Positions 27,863-39,060 are shown, counted from the first letter of the stretch. The stretch: 51,638 bases of DNA from a virus (IMGVR_UViG_3300022862_000007:1-51638), one strand, 5' to 3'. Numbers and translations: made by a program. The notes: generated by a model not told the origin, from the letters alone.

Positions 27863-30800
27863 ATGAACGGAAACTTTTCAGCTAGAATTGGAGCTAGAAT
27901 CACAGAGTTTATGGCCCGTATGAGGCAAGTTCGTGAGACGATTCGCACTTCGGCAAATGATGTACGAGTTGACATTGGCGCAGATGTTAGCCAATTTAAT
28001 CGACGTATGGCTGAAATCCGAGCACGTATAGCGGCACTTACTCGAGATCGGGTTGTCGTCAAAATAGAGGCACGAATAGAGAACTTCCAAAGAAAAATAC
28101 AACGTATTGCAACAGATATTCGTGCCTTTGGTGAATTAATGCAACACACGCTATCTGGTTCATTAATTGCCGTTCTACCGATGATTGTGCCACTAATAGC
28201 TAACATAGGTGTGGCTATTGCTAATCTTGGTCCAATGATCGGTACATTAGCTGGATCTACTTTTGCTTTAGCAGGGGCGTTCGCAAGTGCTGGTGCAGCA
28301 GCTGGAGCCTTTGCGGCAGTTGCAATCCCGACTATCAAAAAGTTATTTGACGAAAACGCACAGTTAAATGCAGCTCAAAAGAATGCCAAAGCTTCTTTTG
28401 ACAACATGAAATCAACCTATCAGGGTCTTGTAAAAGAAACTGAAAAGCCAGTGTTAAATGCTTTTACAAGTGCAATGCAGGCTACAAATACATTACTCAC
28501 AAAGTTAAGACCATTGTTTATATCCAGTGCTCAAGCAGTATCTAGCTTGATGACACAACTAAACACAGCAATCGGAACGCCACCAATTCAAAAATTCTTG
28601 GACTATTTGAACACAACAGGCGCACCGATGTTGAAAACAGTGACTCGTTCAATGGGGAATCTCCTTCAAGGTGTATTTTCAATGTTAACGGCATTTGCAC
28701 CATTAACAGCATCAACAGCTAAGGGCTTCGAAGAAATGACAGCACGTTTTGCTGAATGGTCAAATGGTCTATCAGGAAGTTCTAAGTTCCAATCCTTTAT
28801 GGATTATGTGAACACAAACATGCCAAAGATTCGAGCAATCTTCCGAGATGCAACTGCTGGTATTGTTTATTTCTTCAGTGCATTTGGTGGATCATCGAGC
28901 GACATGATGACGGGTTTAGCTAATATGATGGCCCGTTTTAAAGAGTGGTCATCGAGTTTATCTCAAAATCAAGGGTTCCAAACATTCCTGTCCTATGTCC
29001 AACAGACTGCACCTAGCGTTCTTCAGTTAATTGGGAACCTAACTAAGTTTCTAGTGAATTTAGGCATTGGTATGGCTCCTGTTGGTGCTGGACTAATGAA
29101 CATCGTTAATAATATCTTAGAGTTTATTAACGAAGGGATGGAAGGCAATCGAGTTATCGGTGTACTTTTAGCTAGTTTTATTTCAATTGGTGGTGTATTG
29201 CTAGCTGTCGTACCTAACATAATTGCTTTTAGAGAGCTCTTCAAAGGTTTAGGTCCTGCAATAACGGGCGGAGTTGGAAAAGCATTAAAGGCTGTTAGTG
29301 GGTTGTTTACTAATTTTAGTGGCACTATGGCAGCAGTTGGCGCTAAGGTCTTGTCCTTCGCTAAAACCTTTGGAAAAGGATTAGGTATAATCACAAGTCC
29401 AGTTGGTTTAGTCGTTTTAGCAATTGTAGGTTTTATCGCCATTTTGGTACGCCTATATCAAACAAATGAAAAGTTTAGGTCTCAAGTTCAAACAGCCTGG
29501 GCAGCTATCAAAACCGGTATTTCTGTTGCAGTAACGGCAGTTAAAAATTTAGTAATGTCTGTATGGACACAGATCACAACATTTTGGAATGAGAATCAAG
29601 AAAGCATAAAGTCAACAGCATCTACTATTTGGAATGCTATTGGTACCGTAGTTACTACTGTTATGTCAGCCATTGGAGCTATCATGCAGTTTATTTGGCC
29701 TGTCGTTAAAGCTTTAATCGTTTCAACTTGGGAGGCTATAAAAAACGTTATCCAAGGTGCCATTAATATTATTTTAGGTATCATTAAAACGTTTAGTGCT
29801 TTATTTAAAGGTGATTGGCAAGGCGTTTGGGATGGCATTAAGCAAATCTTAGGTGGAGCATTACAAGCTGTATGGGGTATTGTTAACCTCTATTTCGTAG
29901 GTAAACTACTTGGTCCATTAAAAGCTTTTGGTTCAACCGCAAAGACGTTTTTACAGGGAATTTGGACTGTGATAAAAGGAATCTTCACTAATACATTAAA
30001 TGCTATAAAAAGCATTGTCACATCCACGTTTAATGGAATCAAAACTACCATTACATCGATTTGGAATGGAATTAAGTCATTCTTTACATCGATTTTAAAC
30101 GGTATCAAAACAGTTTTTACAAGTGTATGGCAAAGCATTGCATCCTTCCTAGATAATTTATTTTCAAGTATTTCAGGTCTTGTACGTGCTGTTTGGAATG
30201 GTATTAAGAGCGTAATTTCAAGTGTTTTAAATGCCATAGCTAATGTCGTTAAAAGCATTTGGAATGGAATAAAGAATTCAATTACGTCTATTCTTAATGG
30301 TATTAAGTCTACGATTACAAGTATTTGGAATGGCTTTAAAAATATTGTTTCAACAGCGATGGGTAATGTCAAAACTGCTGTTATTAATGGTTGGAATGCG
30401 GCTAAATCATTTTTAGAAAATATTAGTCTAGTGAAAATTGGTGAATACATTGTAGCTGGTTTAGTGAAAGGAATTAACAACTGGTTTGGTAAAGTAAAAG
30501 CAAAAGTTGCGGAACTTGCAGAACTATTGCCAGCTTGGCTACGTAAAAAGCTTGGCATTCATTCACCATCAAGGGAAATGGCCAAAGTTGCAAAGTGGAT
30601 ACCAGCGGGTGTTGCAACAGGTATTTACAATAATATGGACTATATTAAGAAATCTGCTGAAGCAATGTCAAAAGCAGCTATCCCGAACTTCCAACAAACA
30701 GTAAAAGCCACGACAAATATGATGGATTCTGCAAAGAAGATTATTGCATCCAAGACAAGTGAAATTGAAAAAGAAATCAAAACGGTTGAAGCAGAGTATG

Positions 30801-32428
30801 CGAAGAAAAAAGCAGAGGCAACAAAGAAGTCGAACAACAAAATAGCTGAGATTAATGCTAAAGCTAATGACAAAAAGAAAAAGCTAACAGCTGCTCAACA
30901 ACGCCAAATCCTGAAATTGCATGATGATGAAAAATCAGCTCTTGAAAAGATTGAAAAAGAAAAGGCTAAAAAGATTGATGCTATTCGTGCTAAGTCTGCA
31001 AAAGAGCAGTACGACAAGCTAAAAGAATATGCAGAACATCAAGTAGGGTTGGAAAAGTGGTCTACCAAAGAACAAGCTGCTTACTGGCAGTATGCAACTA
31101 GTTTGTTCAAAGAAGGTACAGAAGAACGGATCAAAGCTCAAATCGAGTACAACAAATCCATGGCAGAGTTAACAACAGAACAATTCAATAAAGAAAAGGA
31201 CTACGTTGACCGTCGTAAAAAGTACAACTTGATGTCGTTGACTCAAGAGCTCGCAGCATACGAAAAGTATGTTAAAGCTTATAAGGTTGGTAGTGAGGAA
31301 CGTATTTACTACGAGGATAAGATTGCTGAAACAAAGCAAGCCATCCATGACCGATTAATGACATTAAACGAGGAATACATTAGCAAAATTAAAGATGTGC
31401 AACAGGCTGAAATTGATGGGATCAAGGAGCTTCAAAAAGCTTATCAAGATGCCGAAGATGCTCGCGCTAAAGAGATTGCAAATGCGATCAGTATCTTTGA
31501 TGAATTTGAGCGTAAAACAGATGTATTTGGTTCTAAGCTAATAGAAAACCTACGCGGCCAAGTAGACGCAATGCGTGACTGGGCAAATGATCTTCAAATG
31601 CTCGCAGCGAAGGGTGTAGACCAAGGCTTGATTGCAGAACTACAAGCAATTGGACCGAGTGCTCAAGCTGAAATTGCGGCATTAAACAAGCTAAGTCTTG
31701 GTGAATTGAATGAGTACGAAAATCTTTGGAAAGAAAAAACGCAGATTGCTAGAGAACGTGCTCAATTTGAGTTAACAGGTCAACGAAAAGACATGGCAGA
31801 TCAAATTGAAAAGCTGCAATCAGAAACGAAATCTAAGCTTGAGCAATACCAAAATGAATGGGTTGAACAAATCAAACAAATTCGTGAAGGTACAAAAAAT
31901 GAATTTAACCCTATGATTAGTAGCATGAAAGAGATTGGTATCAATGCTATTGAGGGCTTACGTAATGGACTAGCTAGCCAAGTGCCTGCTTTACAAGCTC
32001 AAGCTAATGAGATAGCAAATACCATCGATAAAACGATTCGTAAAGCTTTACAAATAAAATCGCCATCAAGGGTCCTCGAAAAATCAGGGGCGTTTTCTGG
32101 ACAGGGCATTATTCAAGGACTAGCAAGCACAAAAGGCATGTTAGAAAACACTGTAAGAAGCCTAACGGATATAATGCAGACCGATATTTCAACAGCCTCT
32201 ATCGGACTGTCAACAGCTCTTAATGGTGGTATTGATTCACATTTATTAAACAGCTACGAATTAACATCAAACCAAGATCAAATTGGAGTATTAAAACAGA
32301 TTGCTGCATTAATTAGCAAACTGGATTTTGTTGTGGAATTAGATGGGGTTGTAATTAGTGAATATGTTGATAGAAACCAAAGTAACAGGGTTTCATCAAG
32401 AAGAACAACTATTGGTAAAGGGGTGTAG
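27863..32428 (+). CDS. Tape measure protein
   Basis: 1521 aa, 11-residue W/F periodic repeats, LGIHSPSR and IKSPSR motifs. Confidence 0.95.
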   Translation: MNGNFSARIGARITEFMARMRQVRETIRTSANDVRVDIGADVSQFNRRMAEIRARIAALTRDRVVVKIEARIENFQRKIQRIATDIRAFGELMQHTLSGSLIAVLPMIVPLIANIGVAIANLGPMIGTLAGSTFALAGAFASAGAAAGAFAAVAIPTIKKLFDENAQLNAAQKNAKASFDNMKSTYQGLVKETEKPVLNAFTSAMQATNTLLTKLRPLFISSAQAVSSLMTQLNTAIGTPPIQKFLDYLNTTGAPMLKTVTRSMGNLLQGVFSMLTAFAPLTASTAKGFEEMTARFAEWSNGLSGSSKFQSFMDYVNTNMPKIRAIFRDATAGIVYFFSAFGGSSSDMMTGLANMMARFKEWSSSLSQNQGFQTFLSYVQQTAPSVLQLIGNLTKFLVNLGIGMAPVGAGLMNIVNNILEFINEGMEGNRVIGVLLASFISIGGVLLAVVPNIIAFRELFKGLGPAITGGVGKALKAVSGLFTNFSGTMAAVGAKVLSFAKTFGKGLGIITSPVGLVVLAIVGFIAILVRLYQTNEKFRSQVQTAWAAIKTGISVAVTAVKNLVMSVWTQITTFWNENQESIKSTASTIWNAIGTVVTTVMSAIGAIMQFIWPVVKALIVSTWEAIKNVIQGAINIILGIIKTFSALFKGDWQGVWDGIKQILGGALQAVWGIVNLYFVGKLLGPLKAFGSTAKTFLQGIWTVIKGIFTNTLNAIKSIVTSTFNGIKTTITSIWNGIKSFFTSILNGIKTVFTSVWQSIASFLDNLFSSISGLVRAVWNGIKSVISSVLNAIANVVKSIWNGIKNSITSILNGIKSTITSIWNGFKNIVSTAMGNVKTAVINGWNAAKSFLENISLVKIGEYIVAGLVKGINNWFGKVKAKVAELAELLPAWLRKKLGIHSPSREMAKVAKWIPAGVATGIYNNMDYIKKSAEAMSKAAIPNFQQTVKATTNMMDSAKKIIASKTSEIEKEIKTVEAEYAKKKAEATKKSNNKIAEINAKANDKKKKLTAAQQRQILKLHDDEKSALEKIEKEKAKKIDAIRAKSAKEQYDKLKEYAEHQVGLEKWSTKEQAAYWQYATSLFKEGTEERIKAQIEYNKSMAELTTEQFNKEKDYVDRRKKYNLMSLTQELAAYEKYVKAYKVGSEERIYYEDKIAETKQAIHDRLMTLNEEYISKIKDVQQAEIDGIKELQKAYQDAEDARAKEIANAISIFDEFERKTDVFGSKLIENLRGQVDAMRDWANDLQMLAAKGVDQGLIAELQAIGPSAQAEIAALNKLSLGELNEYENLWKEKTQIARERAQFELTGQRKDMADQIEKLQSETKSKLEQYQNEWVEQIKQIREGTKNEFNPMISSMKEIGINAIEGLRNGLASQVPALQAQANEIANTIDKTIRKALQIKSPSRVLEKSGAFSGQGIIQGLASTKGMLENTVRSLTDIMQTDISTASIGLSTALNGGIDSHLLNSYELTSNQDQIGVLKQIAALISKLDFVVELDGVVISEYVDRNQSNRVSSRRTTIGKGV

Positions 32429-32431
32429 TCG

Positions 32432-33352
32432 ATGGACACATTAATCGAATACAGTACAGGGGCTACACTCTCCCTTGTTAAAGAGGGGTATATCACACAT
32501 GACATATTGATTAGACCAATTGACCAGAAAGCATCTAGTGTAGATGTAGAGGGTAGACCCGGGGTAGTACGAGAATCAGTCAATCATGGTTCAAGGGTAA
32601 TCATATTGTCTGTTATGTATATAGCTTCAGATGAATTAGATTTTACTCTAAGACGCGATAAATTGTTTTCAATTTTTAGCGACTTGGAGCCTTTTTATAT
32701 CTACGAAGGACGGCCGACCTATAAGACTAGGACTTATGAGTTCGAATTGCCAGGGCAAACATGGGGTGAGAATCCTCAACTACCCACCAATATCGAAATA
32801 CTTAAAGGCAAACGCTACAAAGTGATTCGTACCAATATGAATGAGGTTGAACAGAATGGATTGATAGGAAAGGTTGACATTGAATTTGAGACCTATCAAT
32901 TACCCTATGCTGAGTCGGCAGGTACCACGTTAGATGCTCGTACTTTTGATCGTGATGTTTGGCAAACAGGGCAGGGGTTAATTGCTGTGGATCCATCAAC
33001 CTTAAAATATGTATTCCAAAACCAAATCTCTTTTCAGGTTTACAACGCTGGTGATGTGCCACTAAAAACTAACTTGCGAGACATGCTCTTTGAGATTGAG
33101 TTTCGCGGTGCTAGTACCAATCTAAATATCAGAAATACCACGAACGGTACACAATGGCAATACAACGGTTCTAGTGGTGCTAATGATGTAATTAAACTTG
33201 AAACACCTACTCGATTTACTAAAAACGGTAGCAGTATTTTCAAAGATACAAACCGCAAAGTCTTGGTATTGAATCCTGGCTGGAACACCATTCAAATTAG
33301 TGGTGCAACTCAATTTCTAATATCGTTTAAATTCAAATTTTATTACAAGTGA
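32432..33352 (+). CDS. Distal tail protein (Dit)
   Basis: Follows the TMP; VEGRPG, VYNAGD and LNPGWNTIQISG. Confidence 0.88.
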   Translation: MDTLIEYSTGATLSLVKEGYITHDILIRPIDQKASSVDVEGRPGVVRESVNHGSRVIILSVMYIASDELDFTLRRDKLFSIFSDLEPFYIYEGRPTYKTRTYEFELPGQTWGENPQLPTNIEILKGKRYKVIRTNMNEVEQNGLIGKVDIEFETYQLPYAESAGTTLDARTFDRDVWQTGQGLIAVDPSTLKYVFQNQISFQVYNAGDVPLKTNLRDMLFEIEFRGASTNLNIRNTTNGTQWQYNGSSGANDVIKLETPTRFTKNGSSIFKDTNRKVLVLNPGWNTIQISGATQFLISFKFKFYYK

Positions 33353-33363
33353 GGAGGGCTACA

Positions 33364-35205
33364 ATGGCACGTATGCGTGAAATCGGTGTTTCCTTTGATA
33401 AAGGGTACCGAGACGATTTGAACTATAATTTCGGGCTGTTAGAAGCCTTAATCGGTGAAGCCAATGGACTGACCGATAACTTGAGAGAGGAAATGCTTGA
33501 AAAGGTTAATAACCTTCAGCAACAAATTGATATGCTGACTGGTGAAAATATCGGGGAATTACTAGAGCGTCTAAACGATTCCATTCAACAAGCACTAACA
33601 GCCGCACAAGAGGCTAGAACTGCTATAACAGCAACAGAAGAAGCTACAGCTTTAGCCACAGCAGCCACAGAATTAGCGAATGCTAGTGCTTTGCTTGCAG
33701 AAGAGAAAGCTAAATACGCTAACGAAAAAGCTGTACTCGCTCAAGAGGCCGCTGATAATGCTAATCAAGAGGCTTCGAACTTATCGCAATTAAAGATTGA
33801 TGTTGTACAAGCTACACAAAATGCAAATACAGCAACAGGTAATGCAAATCAAGCGACACAAGCAGCACAGACAGCTACAAATGCAATAAATGTAGTCTTA
33901 CCGAACGTAGAAGGGTTAGTAAATTTAAAAGAATGGAACATAGAAACACAGTACAAAAAGAACAATTTCGTCACATTAGAGGGTAACGGTTATATGGCCT
34001 TGCGTGACAATAAAGGTGTTAAGCCACCTTCTTTTCCTGTCCTTTCAAATGCTGATTGGGCGATGTTTGTTCAAAAAGGAGAAAAAGGCGAGCAGGGTAC
34101 AGGGGTAAGGATTTTAGGAACACTTCCAGATGAAAGTGCTTTACCATCCCTTGGCGAACCAGGAGATGCCTACTTAATTAATGGTGACTTATATGTGTGG
34201 TCAGATACTACAAATGATTGGACAAATGTTGGTACGATTAAAGGACCAAAAGGTGATACTGGACCTCAAGGCCCGCAAGGTGAACAAGGCCCTCCTGGAC
34301 AGGATGCTGATCTCACAGAAGTGAATCAAGAAATAGCAAATTTACAGCAAACTGTAACAAACAATCAGCAAGTTGTTACTGAACATTTGGGACAAATTGC
34401 GACTACTGAAGAGTTGGGGCATTTCAAGCCTGACGGTGTAACGATCACTGTAGACCCAGTTACAGGAGTAGCAAGTGCTGCTGTTAGTAACATTAACACT
34501 AAGGTTTATACAGGCGATCTTAACAAATTAACAGAGAACGGATACTACTCTGTTCCAGCCAACACACCTAACGCTCCGACTTCTTCGACATCGTGGCTGG
34601 TAGAAGTGGTAGTATCTGCTGACGCTACCTATGCAGTACAAACGGCCCGTCATGGAGGCAGTAATAACTTACGTGAAAATGTGTTTCAGAGGGTAGCTGT
34701 GAAAGATGAATCAGGTCAATTCGTATGGGGTACTGTTGTCAGTGGTACTTCAGGGTACTTAGGTAACTGGAAAATAGTGAGTATGAATATTTCAGATGCT
34801 ATTGATTCAGATACACCGTTGACAGGCGCTTCATCTAAAGCTGTTAAACAGTTGAATGATAAAATACCTGTAGATAGTGGTTATGTTATTCTTCCTCCAA
34901 TGGCACCATTCGTGGTGGCCTTTGGTGAGACCGCCAGATGTAGAGGTAGGAGACTAGGTAACGTTGTCACAATAGAAGCTTGGTTACAGGTTTCGGGGTC
35001 TATGCACAGCAACAGTATTTTCGTATTGCCAAAAGAATTTAACTCACGAAGTGACTTCGCATTCTCAATACGAAGGCAACGTGGTGGCGATTATGTATAC
35101 CTGAATGGAAATTGTAGTGGTAGTTTGATATTGCTAGCTACTGAACACATGCCACAAGTAACCAACGGGGATTATTTAGTATTTAACTTTGCTTATGGAA
35201 TCTAA
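33364..35205 (+). CDS. Tail fibre / receptor-binding protein
   Basis: Ala-rich coiled coil, CBM-like W..Y segment, collagen GXY repeats, DLNKLTENGYY knob-like motif and the ASSKAVK fibre repeat. Confidence 0.85.
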   Translation: MARMREIGVSFDKGYRDDLNYNFGLLEALIGEANGLTDNLREEMLEKVNNLQQQIDMLTGENIGELLERLNDSIQQALTAAQEARTAITATEEATALATAATELANASALLAEEKAKYANEKAVLAQEAADNANQEASNLSQLKIDVVQATQNANTATGNANQATQAAQTATNAINVVLPNVEGLVNLKEWNIETQYKKNNFVTLEGNGYMALRDNKGVKPPSFPVLSNADWAMFVQKGEKGEQGTGVRILGTLPDESALPSLGEPGDAYLINGDLYVWSDTTNDWTNVGTIKGPKGDTGPQGPQGEQGPPGQDADLTEVNQEIANLQQTVTNNQQVVTEHLGQIATTEELGHFKPDGVTITVDPVTGVASAAVSNINTKVYTGDLNKLTENGYYSVPANTPNAPTSSTSWLVEVVVSADATYAVQTARHGGSNNLRENVFQRVAVKDESGQFVWGTVVSGTSGYLGNWKIVSMNISDAIDSDTPLTGASSKAVKQLNDKIPVDSGYVILPPMAPFVVAFGETARCRGRRLGNVVTIEAWLQVSGSMHSNSIFVLPKEFNSRSDFAFSIRRQRGGDYVYLNGNCSGSLILLATEHMPQVTNGDYLVFNFAYGI

Positions 35206-35226
35206 TAACAGGTGAGGAGACATATT

Positions 35227-35553
35227 ATGGATGCTGAAACAAAACAAGAATCAGATTTACAAACTCAATACATCTACTTAATAGATGATAATGGGTTTAT
35301 CATTGGAGCTAATTTACTGTTTAGTGGAAGAAACATACCACATAATGCTGTTATAATACCCACACCTAGTGACATAATTAAACCAAAATGGAATGGGGGT
35401 GAATGGATTGAAGGTGAAACAGCCGAAGAAAGAGCTGAACGTGAATCGCAACAATTACTAGAGTCATTAAAGCCTTCTCCTGAGGAAATCGCCAATGCAG
35501 AATTAGAAATTAAAATGTTAACCATGCTTACAGAACTGGGGGTTATACAATGA
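35227..35553 (+). CDS. Fibre-associated chaperone-like protein
   Basis: Y.IDDNGF, PKWNGGEWIEGET and PSPEE; follows the fibre gene. Confidence 0.7.
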   Translation: MDAETKQESDLQTQYIYLIDDNGFIIGANLLFSGRNIPHNAVIIPTPSDIIKPKWNGGEWIEGETAEERAERESQQLLESLKPSPEEIANAELEIKMLTMLTELGVIQ

Positions 35554-35726
35554 GTGAAGCGCATCTTGAAGGATTGACACTTGTACAAAAACGGTTGGTT
35601 AAAGCTTATGCTACAAGTGTCATGGGCGAAGTACGATCAGTTGAGGAAGTAAAACCAACTGAATTGCAACATTATGTTGAGTTAGAAATTGCTGAAAGAG
35701 AAATCATAGCACTTACAAATCCATGA
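35550..35726 (+). CDS. 58-aa fibre-associated protein (absent from the ORF track)
   Basis: ATGA-coupled; MSEAHLEGLTLVQKRLVKAYA...VEEVKP...LTNP*. Confidence 0.75.
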   Translation: MSEAHLEGLTLVQKRLVKAYATSVMGEVRSVEEVKPTELQHYVELEIAEREIIALTNP

Positions 35727-35845
35727 TTATTTGAAACGCAGGCTCACGCTTAGCGTTATTTTTATTGTCTTGAGATAATAATAGTGAAATCCTTAAATAT
35801 AGGATACAGTTGTTTCTATACTGTTCTTTTTAGGAGTGATTTTTT

Positions 35846-36193
35846 ATGCCATTTAGAAAACCTGTACCTACTTTAGGTGGATTAAATTTTTGGGATAATA
35901 TTAAACAAGATACTTATTTCATTATGCAGGAACATAAAACGGGATTGTGGCCATACAAATATAGAATTTTACTAAGAGAAAATACTAAAGAAATTGCCAA
36001 TTCAAATGATCTCAAAACAATCAATTATGATTGGGAATATCTACAGAATCATGCTGTACCTAGGTTAAATGAAAAAGGTTTATTCGATATCGAAGACCTA
36101 TTGAAAATCTTGTTAGAAGAAATCCCTAGTGTTATAGCTAAGATAAATTCAAAAGAAAACTCAAAAGAAAATTCAAAAGAAAATTCTAAATAA
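35846..36193 (+). CDS. Hypothetical moron protein
   Basis: AGGAGTG RBS, own terminator and C-terminal KENS x3. Confidence 0.75.
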   Translation: MPFRKPVPTLGGLNFWDNIKQDTYFIMQEHKTGLWPYKYRILLRENTKEIANSNDLKTINYDWEYLQNHAVPRLNEKGLFDIEDLLKILLEEIPSVIAKINSKENSKENSKENSK

Positions 36194-36300
36194 ATGTTCC
36201 ATATTGTTCAGTAAGCGCTACTCATTTGGGTAGCGTATTTTTATTAAAGGATTAATTTCCTCTTTGTCGAATTTTAAAATGAAATAGGGAGGAGATTTAC

Positions 36301-36555
36301 TTGGCTAAAGTCACTATAGAATCAATAAAAAATGTTGTAATAAATTTAAAACAAGATGCAAGAGACAGAGGCTTAGAGTTTGTAGAAATCACATCAAGAG
36401 ATGTACATGATATCGTAGGTGGATATGAAAACGGAAATACTAGATATCCTTCCTGTTGTAAGGCTATGTATGCGGTAATGACTGACAAAGACGAAGTCTT
36501 ATATGCACCAAAGAGTGAACTAAGTTCTACTGTGAAAGTTAGATATTATCTATAA
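36301..36555 (+). CDS. Small moron protein (H..VGGY...RYPSCC.AM motif)
   Basis: GGGAGGAG RBS, TTG start; flanked by terminators. Confidence 0.75.
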   Translation: MAKVTIESIKNVVINLKQDARDRGLEFVEITSRDVHDIVGGYENGNTRYPSCCKAMYAVMTDKDEVLYAPKSELSSTVKVRYYL

Positions 36556-36609
36556 AGCATGCTCAAACATTCGAGTATGCTTTTTGTTTTTGGGAAAGGG
36601 GGTGATGCG

Positions 36610-38424
36610 ATGCTATCAATCACTAACTACGAAGGTACTTTAACGGAGGCTTTGGTATGTAGAGGAAAGCCAGTAGTAAGGAAAAATATCGATGGCGTTT
36701 TTGAACTGACCTTGGATGCAAGTGAACGTGATAACCCGCATTCATTTCAACTGATAGCAGAGGAAAGTATTATCGAGGCTGGTGGCTTTCAGTTCAGGAT
36801 AAAGCAACTACAACGGAAATCCCGAGGAAATGTAAAATCAGTCCTTGCACAACACATCTTTTTTGACAACATCTGGCGTAGGCAAGAAGGAACAAATGGA
36901 GGGCATAAAACCTTTAATGAATTTGCCACTTTCGCTTTACGTGATACAAATTGGACCTTTACAAGTGATTTTAACGAAGATGGCTTTATAGAGGCTTTTG
37001 GTAACGACAATATCGTTAAATTAGTGAATCAAATTTGTGAAGCTTTTGAATGTGAGTATGAGATCACATCAAACAGCAACATCCATTTCAGCAAGATGCT
37101 TGGCCCAGATAACAATTTCGTATACCAATACGGTGACAACATCGTTGAACTGTCTAAATCGGTTAATACAGACAATCTAAGGACCCGTATTAGTGCCAAG
37201 GGTAAAGATAATCTCGTTGTCCGATACACGTCACCGCAGGCTGCTAAATGGGGTATTCGAGACGCTGATGATATAAGTGATGAACGGTTCTCAGATTCAG
37301 AGAATTTGATGGAAAAGGCTCGAAAATCATTGAAAGATCAGCCAGAATTATCGATTGAATTGAATTCAATCGAGTTGTTAGATAAACAGCTTGGGGAACG
37401 TATCTGGCTAATTTACGAGCCGTGGGATTATGAAATGCAGACTCGTATATTAGAGGTCACTCAAGTTATTGATGAAGAAACAGATGAATTCAAGACAGTG
37501 GCCGTAGTTATTGGGAATGCATTACCTCAAACGTTGTCTGATGAATTAACTGAAACACAAGAGATTTTAAAGGAGTCGATAAAGGAATATCGGTCATCCT
37601 TTACGCAAACGGATTCTAATATTCGCTTAGAAGTAGAGCGCATCAACCATAGCATTGCAGCAATTGATATTAAAGCTGACAACATTAATTTGAGTGTGAA
37701 CAACCGTATTACTAACGAGGTGGCCCAACTCAATATCAGAGCTGACAGCATAACAGCAGAGGTTTCCAGGGTAGAACGTAAAGCTGATAGTACACAGACG
37801 CAGGTATCGTCTTTATCTATTGAGGTTGGACAAATAACAACCCAAGTATCAAATGTTGATTCCAGACTTGGAACAGCGGAAAGTAGCATTACGCAACAGG
37901 CATATCAGATTACTCAAAAGGTAAGTAATACTGATTACAATGGTAATACAATAGCTTCATTGATAAATCAAACATCAACAACGATTACGATTCAGGCTTC
38001 TAAAATCAGCTTGGTTGGTGCTGTAAGTGTTCTTTCTGATATAAGTGGTAACTTAGGGACAATTTATGCTGGAAGGATTGAAGGTGCCACGATTGATATT
38101 AGCACTGATGCTACAGTAGGGAACAATTTGTATTTAGGTAAAAGTGGTGGTTTTAAGTCACTAGTATTTAATAACTCAAATCGTATCAACAGTTCTGGTT
38201 ATGGGATGGAATTAAACGCTCAAGAAATTAATTTGAGTTCTGCAGATATAACAATCGGAACAGGTGGTGGCATTACTGATTTTAATGGGACTGTAGATTT
38301 TTCATACGCAACTGTTCGAGGAGTCGCAAGAGCTAATTCGTCGGGTATAGGTATCTCTTACTCAAATGGAAGATTATATGTGCAAGTTGACGGTTTAACA
38401 AAAGGTTCTATAGCACTAACATAA
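36610..38424 (+). CDS. Tal-like baseplate hub / tail spike protein
   Basis: Prophage tail N-terminal domain (YQYGDNI..LSKSVNTDNLRTRI, YTSP.A.KWGIR, DERF) plus a long coiled/beta C-terminus. Confidence 0.85.
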   Translation: MLSITNYEGTLTEALVCRGKPVVRKNIDGVFELTLDASERDNPHSFQLIAEESIIEAGGFQFRIKQLQRKSRGNVKSVLAQHIFFDNIWRRQEGTNGGHKTFNEFATFALRDTNWTFTSDFNEDGFIEAFGNDNIVKLVNQICEAFECEYEITSNSNIHFSKMLGPDNNFVYQYGDNIVELSKSVNTDNLRTRISAKGKDNLVVRYTSPQAAKWGIRDADDISDERFSDSENLMEKARKSLKDQPELSIELNSIELLDKQLGERIWLIYEPWDYEMQTRILEVTQVIDEETDEFKTVAVVIGNALPQTLSDELTETQEILKESIKEYRSSFTQTDSNIRLEVERINHSIAAIDIKADNINLSVNNRITNEVAQLNIRADSITAEVSRVERKADSTQTQVSSLSIEVGQITTQVSNVDSRLGTAESSITQQAYQITQKVSNTDYNGNTIASLINQTSTTITIQASKISLVGAVSVLSDISGNLGTIYAGRIEGATIDISTDATVGNNLYLGKSGGFKSLVFNNSNRINSSGYGMELNAQEINLSSADITIGTGGGITDFNGTVDFSYATVRGVARANSSGIGISYSNGRLYVQVDGLTKGSIALT

Positions 38425-38439
38425 AAGGAGAATGATAAC

Positions 38440-38634
38440 ATGAACTATCAAGTACAACTAAACAATGGACAAGCTATTAATTTAACAAATGCAGAGTTTG
38501 ATGCAACTGCTTTTACAGCAACATTAAATGATCAGAAGATTAACTTCGTGAATATTGGTGGGGCTATCATCAATAAACATATTATAATTAGTGTGTTGCC
38601 TGTAGAAGCTACACAAACAGAAACGAAAGCATAA
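38440..38634 (+). CDS. Small tail-associated hypothetical protein
   Basis: AAGGAG RBS; FVNIGG.IINKH.I. Confidence 0.75.
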   Translation: MNYQVQLNNGQAINLTNAEFDATAFTATLNDQKINFVNIGGAIINKHIIISVLPVEATQTETKA

Positions 38635-38662
38635 CTACGAAAATTTAATATACACATTCACA

Positions 38663-38941
38663 ATGATTATTTATAATATAGATATAAATATGTATTTTAC
38701 TGGTTTTCGTTCAATTCGAAATCTCCCCACCTATGAAAGCTTAAATATATTTATGGGCAATAAAGGATGGTTTATAGGCGTTATGTATAGTGGCGTACTA
38801 TCATCGGTAATATCAGATGTCTTAGATTCAATACAAAGTTTGGAGATGATAAATTTGTTTAATACTTTCATATTAGTTGTTGCTTTGGCGTTTTGCGGGG
38901 AGCCTGGAGGCCAGATATATAGCCAAGCGCTTAAGAAATGA
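38663..38941 (+). CDS. Possible small membrane moron or remnant
   Basis: Hydrophobic ORF without a clear RBS, followed by a terminator (39023-39051). Confidence 0.3.
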   Translation: MIIYNIDINMYFTGFRSIRNLPTYESLNIFMGNKGWFIGVMYSGVLSSVISDVLDSIQSLEMINLFNTFILVVALAFCGEPGGQIYSQALKK

Positions 38942-39060
38942 TATAGTATTTAATTTTATTACTGAATTAATACTGTATCATTTCTAACAACTAAAACATT
39001 TTTATTTATAACTTTAATAATCAAAGTACATCTAAAAGGGTGTACTTTTTTATTTGTTAC

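Noticed and set aside
33364-35205. Diversity-generating retroelement or invertible fibre cassette
   Set aside because: No reverse transcriptase, template repeat or second recombinase seen.
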